Assembly (NCBI GenBank): GCA_028534125.1
Contig: CM052816.1
Coordinates: 29,824,001 to 29,888,000, forward strand
Source of the DNA: Lama glama
Taxonomy: Eukaryota
Direction: 5' to 3'
Length of the DNA stretch: 64,000 nucleotides
Shown here piece by piece: positions 12,680 to 26,120 of the stretch; within the stretch, counting starts at the first letter, position 1; every line of letters starts with the position of its first letter. A program made the position numbers and the translations under genes. The notes under the pieces were generated by a model that was given only the letters and a program-made list of their open reading frames with translations, made no database searches and was not told where the DNA came from.

Positions 12680-15449
12680 CACTCTTCCGTAGGCCTCTGG
12701 AGTCTGTTTTATGCAGGCATCCCCTGTTAGACAGCTCCGGGCAGCTCCGGGCATGTTTCCTTCCCCCTTTCAAAACTGAGGCTCAGGGTCACTGGATTAA
12801 TTTGATGGCCTCAGGATGAAAACCTTCCTCTGTTCACCTTTCTTTTCTCAGCTTTTACTTCTTTTTCCCACTCTGAAGAGTCCTTATTTGCTTGCCATGT
12901 CAGTGATGAATTTTAAACGATTTTAAAATACAGTATTCAGTATTTTCCATTATTGTCAGTGGGAGGACTGTTCAGAGTATTTGTTCCACCATACTGTTTG
13001 GAAATGAAGTCCAATAATTCCCACGTTGAGAAGAGGAGAGTCAAGTTTAGAGAGGCCACGTGTCTGTCCCAGGTCACAGGACCTGATGGTGTCTAGGTGA
13101 AGGGTTGCTGATCCCATGCCAATCGTTCTTGTCCCTTCCTGGCCTTCTGAAGGCTTCAGCCATCAGTAAAAAGGAAGAAACATAATACACATACAATCAG
13201 ATCATTTTCTATGAGATTTTAAAGCATTTTTCCTATTTGTAAGGGTACTCACAAATTGATTGTTAAAAAATCTTTTATTAAGAAGACAGAGTAGGCATTA
13301 ATATCTTTTGATTTCGAGACAAACCCAACAAAAATTCATAACCAGCTGAGGATAATGCATGAGATTTTTTCAAGTCAGTTTTGAGAAATTCGAGAGTAGC
13401 TTTTAACTTGCAAATAATTTAGACAGAAATCTTGAAAATAGTGCACAATGATCATTATGTAATTTTGATATTCCCCCTTAGAAAGCAAGAAGCAAATTAT
13501 GTAGGTATATTTTCTAGACAGCAAACAACTTGGCAGTTTTTACAAATAAAGTTTTGTGACTTTGGGGAGCACTTTGTGCTGAAAAATGTACTAGGTGGCC
13601 CCTTTAGTAAATTCCTAGATTTAAAGCAAGCTTTTCTTTCCTTAGATAATTCTATGAACACCAGTCAGACCACATGAAGTGAGGAAAAAGGGACAGCCGA
13701 TTCCATGTCCCTGATGTCTGGGTGACAGTTGGTATGGTAGCTACTTTGGTATAACCCGATAATATGAAAGGCAATTATAGGATAATTTGAGGTGGAAACA
13801 GGTGTCACTCAAGTAGTTTCAGGCTGAGAAGAGATGAGCAAACGGCAGCTCTTCCAAGCATCCCTGGCTCAGTTACTGTCGTGTTTGGACAGGCATGTCT
13901 CCTAGTGTGATTTCATTCTGCTCAGGTTAAAGACTTGGGTTTTAGATCAACAATGTGCAAATTTGGTTAATCACCTGTGTTTGAAAAAGAGATGACAGAT
14001 TCTAGCAGGAGAGCTTCGGTGTTTGCCAAGAGCCCCAGCAGAAACATTGTTCTGTTTAGGTCTCTTGTAGAACAAAAACTCTGATTAGAAATGTGAAATT
14101 ATTTGTATTAGAGACTAAGGGTGGCTAACGTTCCAAGAATACACTCGAAGCAGTACTCTTCACGTCTGTGTCTTTGAGTGCGTACACAAGGAAGCTTTGC
14201 TTTCCATTTGGCGATTTTCGCCCGTCCAGGGCTTTGTGATTTTATAGTAACCATACTCAGAGCAAATGAATCCCAGAGAAATACTCAGTGCTGATCCCAC
14301 CCAGCTGGTCCTGAAATCACTGGCAGTGCAAAGGACAGGAAGCAAATTGCACAGCCGATTTGTCCTTGTCAGAAGCACAACAATGCTTAGGACTAAAACC
14401 CAAAGTTATACATGACTCTAAAAGAGCAATTTGTCAAGCGTTTCATTGGCACAAATTGAAATGAAATGAGGTCCCAGGCTCTTGAGGTCACTTTGCAACA
14501 GGAAGAATTCATTATCTAACTATACACAGAGGAAAATGCCTCACAATTGTATTTGCTTGTAAAGGATGAGTGCCCATACATAAAGCCAAAGTGGCAGAGG
14601 TCACTTACAAGAAGTATACTACATAAAAGCAAAGACTCAGGTGTCCCTTGGCTGATAGCCTCTTGCTTCTTTCTCCCAGTCAAGGCTGCTTTGGGGCATA
14701 TTGCTCAATGTACTGAAGGAAATGCTTGAGAAGGTCTTTGTTATTTATGCAAAAATTACTTGCACAGGTCCTGCTAACTCATCTACTGGGAACACAAGGT
14801 AGTCTTATGTTTTTCTTCCTTGGGGTGGGAGAGTTTATTCCCCATCCTTCGCTGTATTCCACATTATTCTGAAGTGTATGTTTTCTCTTAAGGCATTTTA
14901 TGGCAATCTCTCCATTACATGGAGAAGGTGCAGCCTGGAATATTTTTTACAGCTCATCGGGCAGTTACTGATGGGATATTGGTTTCAGTTTAAAAAGCAA
15001 AGAGAAAGGAAGTGCACATTGAACACATCACATCTGAGGGTCACATTTTTCAACACATTTATAAATAACTTGGAACAGATAATTGATCACTGTATTTTCT
15101 GTTGGGCAGAGTTGATGACAGAGGAGAAGATAACAATAAAAATCAGTCATTTTAAATGAAATAGAAAAATACCATGGCTAAAGAGGACTTAAACAGGGAT
15201 TGGACAAGGAAGTGGATGTGAGAATCTATTACCTTCATCTCTTCCCACATCTCAATGCTCCCCAGACTTAGACATCAGGCAGGAAAGACTAGAGAGGCTC
15301 ACATGTCAAGCCAAATGGCCATTTTTCACTCTTGCCCATTTTCCCTCATCCAATCAAGTCCTATAGACTTATTTTTTTTAAAAGTTATTTTCTAATAATG
15401 TATCCTCGGATTCATTCTCTTTCTCATTTTTTTTAATGGCTACCACCAT

Positions 15450-15603
15450 TGGAAGGGATTGCATTGGATCTGCAGATCACTTTGGGTAGAACGCACATCT
15501 TAACCATGTTATGTCTTCCAATCCATGAACATGGATGTTTTTCCATTTGTTTGTGTCTTTTAACAATTCTCTCATCAGTATCATTTTGTGGTTCTCAAGT
15601 GTT
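15450..15603 (-). mobile_element. L1 ORF2 fragment
   Basis: Minus ORF contains KDTNKWKNI, an L1 ORF2-like motif. DNA reads gggattgcattggatctgcagatcactttgggtag. Confidence 0.8.
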
Positions 15604-16689
15604 GTTATAGGTGACTGCATGTTTGTGTTATAGTTTTTATTGAGTGGTGGGTGACTTTGGACTTGATGATGGTGCCTGTCATTAAGTACAGGATTCATGA
15701 AGAGAAATATGCAGGACGTGGGGAAATCCATGATCCATTGCTGGTCCTACTGGGTTTTAAATACTAGTGTGGCATCTACAAAAAGTACTTAGATGCAGAG
15801 ATTTGGAGCTAGACCTTGATGATGGGTGAAACCAAAAGAATAGATGAAGATGCTTAGGGAATGTATATACAGGGAGGGAGAGAAATATCAGTTCTCTTAT
15901 CCCCATTCTTCCCAGTATTTGAAGTGAGACAGTATCCCAACCTGCTAACCCTACTTCTACTTTGAGTGTGTGCTACACCAGTCAACAGCAAAGGGGGAAA
16001 CATTAAAAAAAATTCAGACAAAAAAATACTCTTAAGTGTCAAGATAGCAAAAGCACCAATACCTGGACACTGCTCCCCTTCAGCTGGCTGAAGACCCTAT
16101 TTAATAATGACGTTTTATCCAGTAAGATCCCCCTGTAAGCGGTTGTGTAAGTCACATGATTCTTTTCTCATTTCCCCCAGTAAAAATAACTTTAGTCTTG
16201 AAAGCTTAGGGAGGAAGAGACTTATCTCCAGTTTTCCTTGTTGAATCGTTTTCTCATTATTCTCTGTGGTTTCCAGTTCAGTTGACAAACCCAAATGACT
16301 TCATTTAGTCCTTTTTCTCTTGTCCTGTAGAACCCAATCTCCTTAAAATGCCATGTGAGATGTTTAAAGTGGCATAGATCCTCTGTAGACCAGAATGATT
16401 TAAGTGTCATTTGGCATTGAGGCGGACTGGGCTGGGTAGGCACACAGTCCTGTCATTCAGTCAGTGAAGTGAGATGACAGCAGAGAGAGTGAGCCCCTTC
16501 AGCTTCCTCCAGCCCCTCCTCCCAAGGGAATGGTGGAATCTCTTAATTCCTAAGTATTTCTTGCTCCAACTTGCAACCCTTTTTCATTATTTTCTTGTGA
16601 TTTAGATGTGACTTAAGTGTGAAGGGGATGGAAGAGATGTGACAGCATTTATGATTATGGAATATTAAATTTTACATCCAATTGTTATT

Positions 16690-16800
16690 AGCATGTAAAT
16701 TCTGTGAGGGCAAGGATATTAACTGTTTTGTCCACAACTTCATCTACAGTGCTGAGAGCAGTGCCTAGCACACAGTCGTCACTCACCAGAAAGTTATGGA
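16690..16800 (+). mobile_element. L2 3' end
   Basis: tgtaaattctgtgagggcaagga...cagtgcctagcacacagt. Confidence 0.7.
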
Positions 16801-18589
16801 GTCATTTTTAGGGTCAAATCATGTGTTGAATATGTGTTCTTTTTTGGTTTGGAAAATACGGTAACTGTGGCCATGCGACTTTGCATTAAACCCATATTTT
16901 AATAAATTATTAAACTAGCATATTTTGATAAATTATTGTATAGTTGCTTTGATGGCTTTTTCTAACAACCTAATTTACCATTTGATCTTGGCTTTGCTAT
17001 TGGATATTATTATCAGATGTGAAAAGGTAGCAGTGTCTTTTTGGAAAGTTTGATTTAGACTTTGCATTCATTGTTAACTTGTCTGGTCTACAAAGAGACC
17101 TTGATAATTGCCAGTTGTATTCAAGTCCTGAAAGAACTCAGAGCGCTGATGATCAGGGGTGCCTTCTGGCTGTCACTTTGATTTTGTTGGGATTGTACTT
17201 CAGTGCTTTGCCTAGGAGCACTAGGACAGAGACAGTTTTCCTTTACAGGCTCCCTGCAGAAAAACTCCACCAGCATGAAAATAAAAAAACCAAAAAAATG
17301 ACACCCACTGACTTACTTTTCATCTGGAATTAACGCAATCAGCAACATCTAAAGAAGGTAGACAAAGTATGTTTTCGTTTCAGTGAAATCAAGATTTTAA
17401 AAGCTTCTGAGCTGTTAATCCCTCTCCCTCCTTTCTGTTACTTTCTCCTCTATTTCAATGCAACGTATGCATCAAAGCGACATCTCTGACGTGACCAGAA
17501 CAATCAAAGCAAGCTGAAAATGCAGTGCATGGTGATTGAACTTCCTTACTTCACAGAACAGCCATGGGTCTATGATGGGATTCGCGGTAGTGCCCTGGTT
17601 ATCCTGAGGCTCCTTGGCAGCCACGGAACTGTGCGTACTCTTTAACGAGAGATGAAACCCTTGAAGAAGGTCCGGTCCCTGAAGATGGATGGGATGCGAC
17701 TGTTTTCTCTGTGGTCAAGACCGGTTTCCATTTGTCCTTCGTGGCTTTTGGAAATGACTTTACATTGACAGCTCAGAGTACTGGAGCTGGGGGGCTGGAG
17801 GAGCAGGAAAATGCCTGAGGACCAGCTGCTCTGGTTTGCATATTAGGTCAAATTTAGGCAGTGTTGTGTGTTTGTAAATGAAATACTGTGGTATTTCATG
17901 GACAGAATGTAGAAAATCCTGGAAGAGGTGGCTATGAACCCCACAGCAGAAGCAGAAAGGTAACAAAGTCAAAACAAGATATTACATTTGGGAACTCACA
18001 GTTGTTTACATCAACATCAGGCAGTTTTGGCCTTCTACAATGTGGAAATTGGGCTCGCTATTTAAATTGAGATACCCACAAAGTGGAAGAAAATAGTAAC
18101 TTGGAAAATGTTTCAGCTTGTGCATAATGGAAAGTGATCTTTTAGAAAATTAGGTTCTTAGATTGGGTGGACAGTCTCTCACCAGGTTTATAAAATAATC
18201 AGTTTTAAACTAGGATTTCCAGAGAAGGGGCTTGCTCTGTGGTCTTTAGTTTCCCTCCTTCTGATCTTCAGTTCTGGGGCTTGGGAAGTCTTAACTTCTT
18301 GCTGTATCATTGACATGGCACGCCACTGAAAGTACTTTGTAAAAGGATTATAGATGGTTTTAGGGGAGATTCTGTTAATATGAGATCTAGTCCCAAAGAC
18401 GGAGGGCTGCATGCCTCTCCCTTGCTTAGCTACAATTCTGCGTGGTAGTTTGGAGGCAGAACCTTCCCCTGAAGCACCTACGTAATGGAAAGGCAGGCCT
18501 AGGTGAGAAGGGCTGTATGGGTGGTGGGAGGGGTGCTTGGTAGTGACGGAGCAATGGCTAACAGGCAGTGGAGGCAGTGTGTGGGGCAG

Positions 18590-19160
18590 CTAGGAGCTCA
18601 GGCTCTGGTACCATTCTGCCTGGATTTGTGTCCTCACTGTGGGTCCTTGGGCCCTCGAGCAAATTACTTAGTGTCCCAGTTTGGATTTTCTAAAACATAG
18701 ACTCTGAGATGAGTTTAGCATGCAGGCCATTTATTCTGGAGTGTTCTTGGTCCAACCCCCAAGGGAAGGAGGGGCCAGAAGCAGGACTGGGCCAAGGGGC
18801 AAGTCAGGCAGCCATGCAGCGGGGCTCTGCAGCCAGAATGGCCCCACAGAATTATCTCGAGCTGGGCAGAGCTACCCTCTCAAGGGCCGGTCATTGGAGG
18901 TGGGTCCACCCTGAGACGGGGAGTGACTTTAGTCAAGTCGGCTCTGCTGCTGTGGCATCCTTGAGGGCTGGGAGTGGAAGGCTCTCTGGCAGCAGCTGGG
19001 GCAACAGTCCTTCAGTGAAGGGAGATCTGGGTGGCATCAGTGTCCACGACATGGCTTCTCTGGGCCTCTGTTCCCCAAGAATATTTTAAGAATTAAATGA
19101 AATGATACACACAGAGAACTTAGAACTCTGCTGGCATGGAGTAAATACTTGATTATTGCT
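18590..19160 (+). mobile_element. MIR split in two (about 18590-18671 and 19052-19160) by an LTR16-family LTR
   Basis: Left half ends gagcaaattactta. Right half resumes cttctctgggcctctgttcccc...aattaaatgaaatgat...cttagaac...ctggcatggagtaa. Confidence 0.75.
18672..19051 (-). mobile_element. LTR16-family ERVL solo LTR
   Basis: tgtcc...agactctgagatgagtttagcatgcagg..tttatt...gaagcaggactgggc...gatctgggtggca...tccacgaca matches the reverse complement of recalled LTR16 ends. Confidence 0.8.
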
Positions 19161-21264
19161 GTGTACGGGGCAGAGGTTAAATAATTAGCCCAGGGACTCC
19201 CAGGTAGTAAGTGATAAAGATGGCCTGAGCCTGGGCCTGACCCTCTCCAGTCCATTTTTAGTTACGGTAGCAAATATCTAACATGCTAGAGTCCATGTTG
19301 GCTTGAATAGGTTACCTTCAGTCATGTTTGCCCAGTGACTGTATCTCACATAAGAAAGACCTCCCTCGCCACAGCTGGCTGGACTTGCCTTCCTCTTTAC
19401 TGAACAGCAGCTACTCCCCTGTCCCTTTCCTTCCCGCCTCCTCTCTCCTCCCACCCGCAGCCCCCTTCTCTGGCTTCCCACTTGTCTTCAGTGATGGACC
19501 AGGGTCGGGTAGGAGAGCTGCAGGGATGGATCTAGGTGGGGGAGGAGAGCCGTCCTAAGTAGTAAAGGAGGAAGGAGGGAGGAGAGGCAAAAACCCTGGG
19601 CTGCTCTCGCAGTCTCCAGACTCATGGCCCTCTGCCTCTCTCTCCCACATTTCAGTCCCCACTCCCATTCCTCCAGGCTCCAGTCTTTATATTTTGTGCC
19701 TCATCCTAGGTCCAGAAATGAAATGCAAGAGTATTCTTTCTGGGGTAAGATGTTAGTGCTGTCATCTGACACTTAGATGAATCTTCACTCTAGTTGTTTC
19801 TGTACCCAAAGATCCACATAGTAGACCTGTGGGAAGTCTTTCCCTAGCGCCCCCGGCCGACATGAATGAATGGTTAGTAAGTCGAGCTGACTATTTTCTT
19901 CCTCCTTGAGTTACAAGTTTGAATAGTCAGTGAGATTTTTTTCCCCCTTACTATTTCTTCCTTCATATATGCACTGTTGGGAAAGCTTTTGTAAATAAAT
20001 TACTGTATGCATAGAAATCTAGAGAATATAATGAAGTAAAAGAATATTTTCAAAAAGCTTACAGCCTACTTCAGGATTGTATTGTACACTAAGAAGTGGG
20101 GCTGAATTTCTAGAAGACTCTGTTTGTGTGATATATAATTCCTCTGGGTTTGCAGCGCCAACTTAAAACTGAAAATTTTTAATTGTTGATGTTAAATGCA
20201 ACATATATACATTACACAGATGAGAGAGGAATAGGAATGTAAACAGTTTGTAGTAACTGAGCACTCAACCCAGGGATGAAATCTATCAGCTGTCCTCAGT
20301 CCTACCAAAGCTTTCTCTTCACGACCTTCAGGTTCTCACTCACCCGAGCGTCATAGCAGGTAGAGAGTCAAATTTCTACCACCTCTCCCCACCCTCTCAC
20401 TTACTCCTCCCCAGGGGAGGAAGAGTCACTAAGTATTATTGGTGATTTGGAAGGAGAAAATGTACATGGGCATTCCATTCTTTCTTTTCTGTTTAAGGGA
20501 AGACATGCTCAAAAAGTGCCTGAGTTCTCCCACCAGAGGGAATCCTGTCCCAGTGCAGTGCTGCCTAGAACCGAGTGTGTCAGTCTAATTGTGGAAGCCC
20601 ACCGAATCACATTCTCCAGTATCAGCTTCATTAGTCAGATGTTGATACTTGTATTTGGAGTCCATTTGTTTGATTCTAATCTTAGTCCCATCTTGAACTC
20701 GACTGGTTCAAAGCCCAGGTGGGGATTAGGCACGTTGTTTGTCAATCTCCACTCAATCCTAAAGGTCAGGTGTTAGAGTGTCATAAGGCATTAACTCTAG
20801 GCTCAGACCACACCACGCTAGAAGGATCAGCATTTATTCAACAACATGTGTGTGTGTAAAGAAACTCTTAGGAGACAAGAATTAGGTAGGTGCTGCTGAC
20901 ATGGGCAGAATCTCTTCAATTCAGCCAGACAAACTGTTCTCAAACTCCTGAGATGGGCTAGATGTGCACGAAGCCCAGAGGACATAGACATCAATAGGAC
21001 ACGCCCAAAGAGCTTTGGATCCTACAAAAGGTAGTGGCATTAGGGGAGTAGCGGGAGGGCCAACCAGGGGTCAGGGTGGAAGAGTGGTTATTCTTTCTCT
21101 CTGTTTATAACTGAATAAGCATCACTTGGATTAGGCTCTGGGGTCCGCTGTCACCCTGGTGACAAGTATTCTGATGTTCTTCCTCCCACGCCAACTTTTG
21201 TATGGTGGATAGAAAATCTTACTGACTACATGCAGCAGTACAGATGAGAGAGAAATAATATGTG

Positions 21265-21480
21265 CCTTGCAGCTTGACTAGGTTCCCCTCCTTGCTTTCC
21301 AGCTGTGTGACCGTGGGTCACTTACCTACCTCCTCAGTGTTTCTGATTCCCCACGTGAGAAGCAGGGAGGATAGCAGTACCTGCCTCCCAGTGTTGTGGT
21401 GAGGACTAAGCGAGGCAGCACAAGCCGAGTGCTGAGAACACTGCCTGTCACAGATGCGTTCTTGACAGAGCTTGGCTGCT
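21265..21480 (+). mobile_element. MIR SINE
   Basis: ccagctgtgtgaccgtgggtcacttacct...gatagcagtacctgcctcc..gtgttgtggtgaggactaagcgag. Confidence 0.8.
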
Positions 21481-21724
21481 GTTGTTGCTAGCTGTTACCA
21501 AGACTGAGCACGGGTGTCGAGGTTTTAGCTAACCTGCTCTAAGACATCGATGCCTGGGCATCTGTTTGTGCCAAGTGGCCTGCAGGGGGCTTGAATTCAC
21601 GCTAGTCCATCTGAGATTGCACGCCCAGAGTCACACGCAAATGTAAGCTCCTTATAGGACGTGCCCAGACCTTGTTTTGTTTTTTTTTTCCAATAAAATC
21701 TCAATGGATGGTTTATTTATCTTT

Positions 21725-22060
21725 TTATTAATATATATATATATTTTATTGAAGTATAGTCAGTTTACAATGTTGTGTCAATTTCTGGTGTACAGCACAA
21801 TACTTCAGTTATATAGTAACATACATATATTCGTTTTAATATTCTTTTTAACCATAAGTTACTACAAGATATTGAATATAGTTCCCTGTGCTATACAGTA
21901 TAAATTTGTTGTTTTTCTATTTTATATACAGTGGTTAGTATCTGCAAATCCAGAACTCCCAGTTTAGCCCTCCCCACCCGCTTCCCCCATAACCATGTTT
22001 GTTTTTCATGTCTGTGAGGCTGTCTCTGTTCTGCCAAAAAGTTCTTTTCTGTCCTTTTTT
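21725..22060 (-). mobile_element. Camelid/artiodactyl-type L1 3'UTR, 5'-truncated
   Basis: ttttattgaagtatagtcagtttacaatgttgtgtcaatttctggtgtacagcac...gttccctgtgctatacagta. Confidence 0.88.
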
Positions 22061-22246
22061 AAAACTATTTTAAATTGCCACATTTCATCATGTAGATGAA
22101 GAGAGCCCTTATTATTCAAATGTATGTTTCCCATTTTTCCCTATTTTAAAGAGTGATGCTCTAAACATCTTTGTATATGATTCTTGTGTATATCGCTAAT
22201 TATTCCCTTAGAATAAATTTCAGAAGAATAATTCCTACATAAGAGG

Positions 22247-22697
22247 TTGTTCCAGTTATCTATTGCTATGTAACAAACCAACCCAAAACTTAGCCTCATT
22301 AAGTAACCATCATTTCATCATGCTCATGGGTGCTGTCAGTTAGGAATTCAGAGAGGACACAGCACAGGTGGTTGCTCTCGTCTGGGAACTCGCCTGGGAA
22401 CTCAGGCTGGGTTCAGCTGGGACTGTCAACGGCTGTTCCTACGTGTGGCCTCTCCAGCCTGGTGATCTCAGTGTAGTACTGTTAAGACTTGGTTCGGGGC
22501 TCCAAGGGTATCCCAGTGGCACACAGCAGGTGTGCATGGGCTTTGTGAACTAGCCTCGGAGGTCCCATGGTGTCACTTGCGCTGTACCATTGGTTGAAGC
22601 AGTCATAGTCCTGCCGCGATTCAGAGGAGGGAATACAGATTCCTGCCTCTCGGTGGAAGGCGTGTCAAAGAATTCACAGCCAGGTATTAAAAATACC
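22247..22697 (-). mobile_element. MLT1 (F/G/H-like) MaLR LTR inside an old L1ME fragment (~22080-23030)
   Basis: tgttccagttatctattgctatgtaacaaacca.cccaaaacttag ... gtgtcaaagaatt. Confidence 0.82.
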
Positions 22698-23139
22698 AGA
22701 GAAGATATAAACCACTTGCAGGATTCTGACATATATTATCAGGTTGCCCCCCCCAGAAATTGTATATAAATCAACACTTTTTCCCATAGTGGCTGATAGC
22801 ACACTCTTACCCACACTGAATATTACAACTTCAGGGGACGTTTGTCAGCTTGATAGGCAAAAGCTAGAATATCATGTTGCTGTAATTTTCAAATATCTGA
22901 ATACTCTTGAGATTTTAAATATATATTTTTGGTCATTTGTCAAAATTTTATGTGAATTTTCTATTTTTTGCTTCTTTTTCTGTTGGAGTAGTCATCTTTC
23001 CCTCCTTTAATTGGTAGGAGTTGTTTATCTATGAAACTAAATCAAGGTGTTCTGATTCTAAATTGAGTTCTTTCACCACCACTCCTTAGCCACTCTAATC
23101 GATACACATTTTTAGTACTATGTGTAAGGCGCTGTTCGC

Positions 23140-23350
23140 TTGTACTCCTGAATCTGCCTCTTCCAAGCTATGTGACTTTAATAATTTAATTAAGCCTCCT
23201 GGACCTTGGTTTCCTCTCCTGTAATACTGGGGTAATAATATTCTTGTCTCATGGCTTATTGTGAGGGTTCAGTGATGTCCATGTAAATGCTTAGAAGAAG
23301 GCTTATTACATGCTAAGTGTCCAGTGAAGTGAGTGGTTATTCTTAATATT
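23140..23350 (+). mobile_element. MIR SINE
   Basis: gctatgtgacttt...ggtttcctctcctgtaatactggggtaataata...ttgtgagggttca...tgtaaatgcttagaa. Confidence 0.8.
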
Positions 23351-24879
23351 ATCACTGTCACCATAATGGTTGAATATGAGACTTGGATAACGTGAGTATT
23401 CTAGTCACTTTCTCATTCTTTCTACTGTCCAGTTTGTAACTGTGTAACTGCAGGTCTGCACTCATGTCCAAGCTGTTTGGCTTCTGAATTCAAAAGAGTC
23501 ATAGTTACTCTGAGAAAGACTTCATCTTTTGCTTATTATTTTAAACTTGACTCTCAAGTTTCCCAAAGGAGGGAAGTCACTAACAATGCAGGATGGGCTT
23601 TGGAGCAGGGTTCTGGGGCATCTTAGTGGGCAAGACACTTGGAAATAGTCATCATTCTTGATTGCCATGCCAATATAATTAGAAAGAAGGGCGGGGGCGG
23701 GTTTGAACTGGTTTGTCTGTGAAACTCCTGAGACAAAAACTGAATTTGATGGCATTTCCTCTGCCTCTTTCATTTATCTTTTGATTCCATCAGACTGATT
23801 GAGCACGGAAAAGAGCACTGGAGAGCAGCATTGATGGAAGGAAAATAAAACCTTTTCTTTAGAAGGATAAGTCCTAAAGGGCCCTCATTGCTTCCACTCA
23901 GCAGAGGCTGTGGAAACAAAAGGCCAGGGCCTGGGTCTGAAGTGACCCTGGGCAGGTCTCAGACTCTCCGTAGCTCCCAGGGTCCGCCCTCCTCCCTGCC
24001 CAGCACAGCCTCCTTGTGCTCTTTCCTTTCGGAGCCTCACGGGGGTGTTGGAGTGCCATGCATTGGTGGATGGGGGTTGGGGGGATGTACCCCCGGGCAC
24101 TGAACATTTGTTATCGCCAAAGAGGGCTCCTCTGGCTTCAGCCCAGCTGTCCCTGTGTGATAACCACCATGGCTAATACTCCAGTGATGAGCCACTGTGA
24201 TCACTGTGAAATATGAGTTGGGGGAGTTTTCTGTAACAAATGCCCTCTTGACTGAGCCCCTATTCAGGCGTCCGGTGTCAGCACTTGTCCCAGACAGCCG
24301 CTTCAGCCACGCCAGCCAGACAGTGACAGATTCAGCCTCCTGCTTAGACTGTCAGGGGAGTCCCCCCGCAGGCCTGGGCTCGTCACAGGAGCGCCTGGCT
24401 GCGTCCTGCCGGGGCCCTGGGCCGCACCTGTGCTTCCAAATGTCGGTGGGCTTCAGAGCCAGCCGCTTTCCATCACCCGCCTTGTCAAGGTCAGCTGGCG
24501 TGTCGGTGGGGGGGCCCTCCTGAATTGAGACGGCCCTGCCTCTTTGTCCACTGCCTCTGTATCATCAGGCAGACCTTTTAACACCAGAGGCCCGGGACTT
24601 GTCAAAGAAAGCATTTGAGTGGTTCTTGGGTAAAATTAAAAAACAAAACAAAACAAAACAAAAAACTTGCCTGGAGATAATTAGTCCGGGCAAGTTTACA
24701 TCTTTGGAATGTCCTTTCCAAGTTTTCTTTAACATTATCTGTTTAGTCTTGGTTGAATCCGAAGATGAGGAGAACAAAGCTAGTTATAGACAGTAAGAAA
24801 GAAAGGGCACACATTACTGGCCACTTCTGAGATTCTGCCAGGGTTGGCCATATGGCGATCATAATGATGATTTATAAAT

Positions 24880-25050
24880 CAGAAGTTGCAATCTGATGGC
24901 CTACGGATTGAATTTGGCACAAAGGATCTTTATTTGGCCTCTATTATTTGTTTGCTTTTAATAGAACTTGATGCTAATGTTTAGAATTCAGAATATTTCA
25001 CATACAAATGTGATTTCTGGCTTCTTTTAAGAAACTGAGCTCCGGCAACG
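24880..25050. mobile_element. hAT-Charlie (Charlie4-like) non-autonomous element
   Basis: cagaagttgcaatctgatggcct...atttcacatacaaatgtgatttctggcttctttt...ggcaac resembles recalled Charlie4z. Confidence 0.65.
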
Positions 25051-25959
25051 GAGCTTGCATAAGGACAGTTGGGTTAACCACATTGTTGCCACTGCTCACT
25101 TCAGACAGGCACATACTCTTTAGTTTGCCGCAGTTCTCACCTCTCCCTACTGTAACACTCAACCAGCTTTTCCTATTTCTACTACATGGATGATCCCTGT
25201 AGATAACTTGAGTTAATGATCCCTGGTTCAAATACAAAGCTTCAATTTTATACTCAATATTGAATGAACTCTATTTAGTAAGTTTTCCCCCTTCCCTCAC
25301 TGGGATGAGATGTAACAGGGCATTGCTCGAACTATCATGGCTTAAATGCAATGAATAATAGGAAGGAAGATAAAGGGTGGTTTTATTAGTGGGTGAGGAC
25401 TGAAGTTCACCATTGCTAGGCCTTAGCTCTTGACTTTAGACACATAATCCCTAAATGATAAACTGTGGGACAGGTTTGGTGTTGTCATTGAAAGGGAAAG
25501 AGAAATATGGTAATTGAAAACTATTTCATTGTCTCATTTTAAAATAAAACTCCTTCCAAGTTAGTAATATGGTCTCCTTCCATGAATGAGGATAGGGGGC
25601 TCAGAGTTAAGAACCTCTCTCAATGTTGTACAGCTGGAAGTGAAGGGACCCTGGACTTGTATTTATGTAAAAGTCCTCGCTCTCCTCTACCACGAGTTGC
25701 CCCTCCAGCAGACTCTTGTGGCATCTAGGCTAAAAGTCAAGTATTACTGAAGAGATAAAGTATAGTCGCTTAATCAAATAGGCTGCACTTTGACTTTAGA
25801 AACACGTATTTAAGAGCCTCTGATAATTAAAAGAAAAGAAAACGAAAGAAAAAGCCTTATTCATGATGAGGATTTTTTTCCTCAAACTAATTTTTTTAAC
25901 CCACATGATTTTCAGATCAAAATAGTGCTGTACTCTTTTTGACAATAAAAATAAGGGCA

Positions 25960-26120
25960 CGCCTTACAGAGTGCTTATTATGTGTTTATATAGATTACCT
26001 TACTTAACCTTCTCAACAACCATACAAAGGGTAAAATTATACCTATTTTACAGATGAGGAGACTGAGGCACAGATGAATAAACTACTTGGAAAACCATTG
26101 GGTACACTGGGGTCAGAACT
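25960..26120 (-). mobile_element. MIR SINE
   Basis: tctcaacaacc...cctattttacagatgaggagactgaggcacaga. Confidence 0.82.

Noticed and set aside
17906..17959. 54-nt exon candidate (NVENPGRGGYEPHSRSRK)
   Set aside because: The acceptor has no real pyrimidine tract, the donor is mediocre and the peptide is unrecognised.
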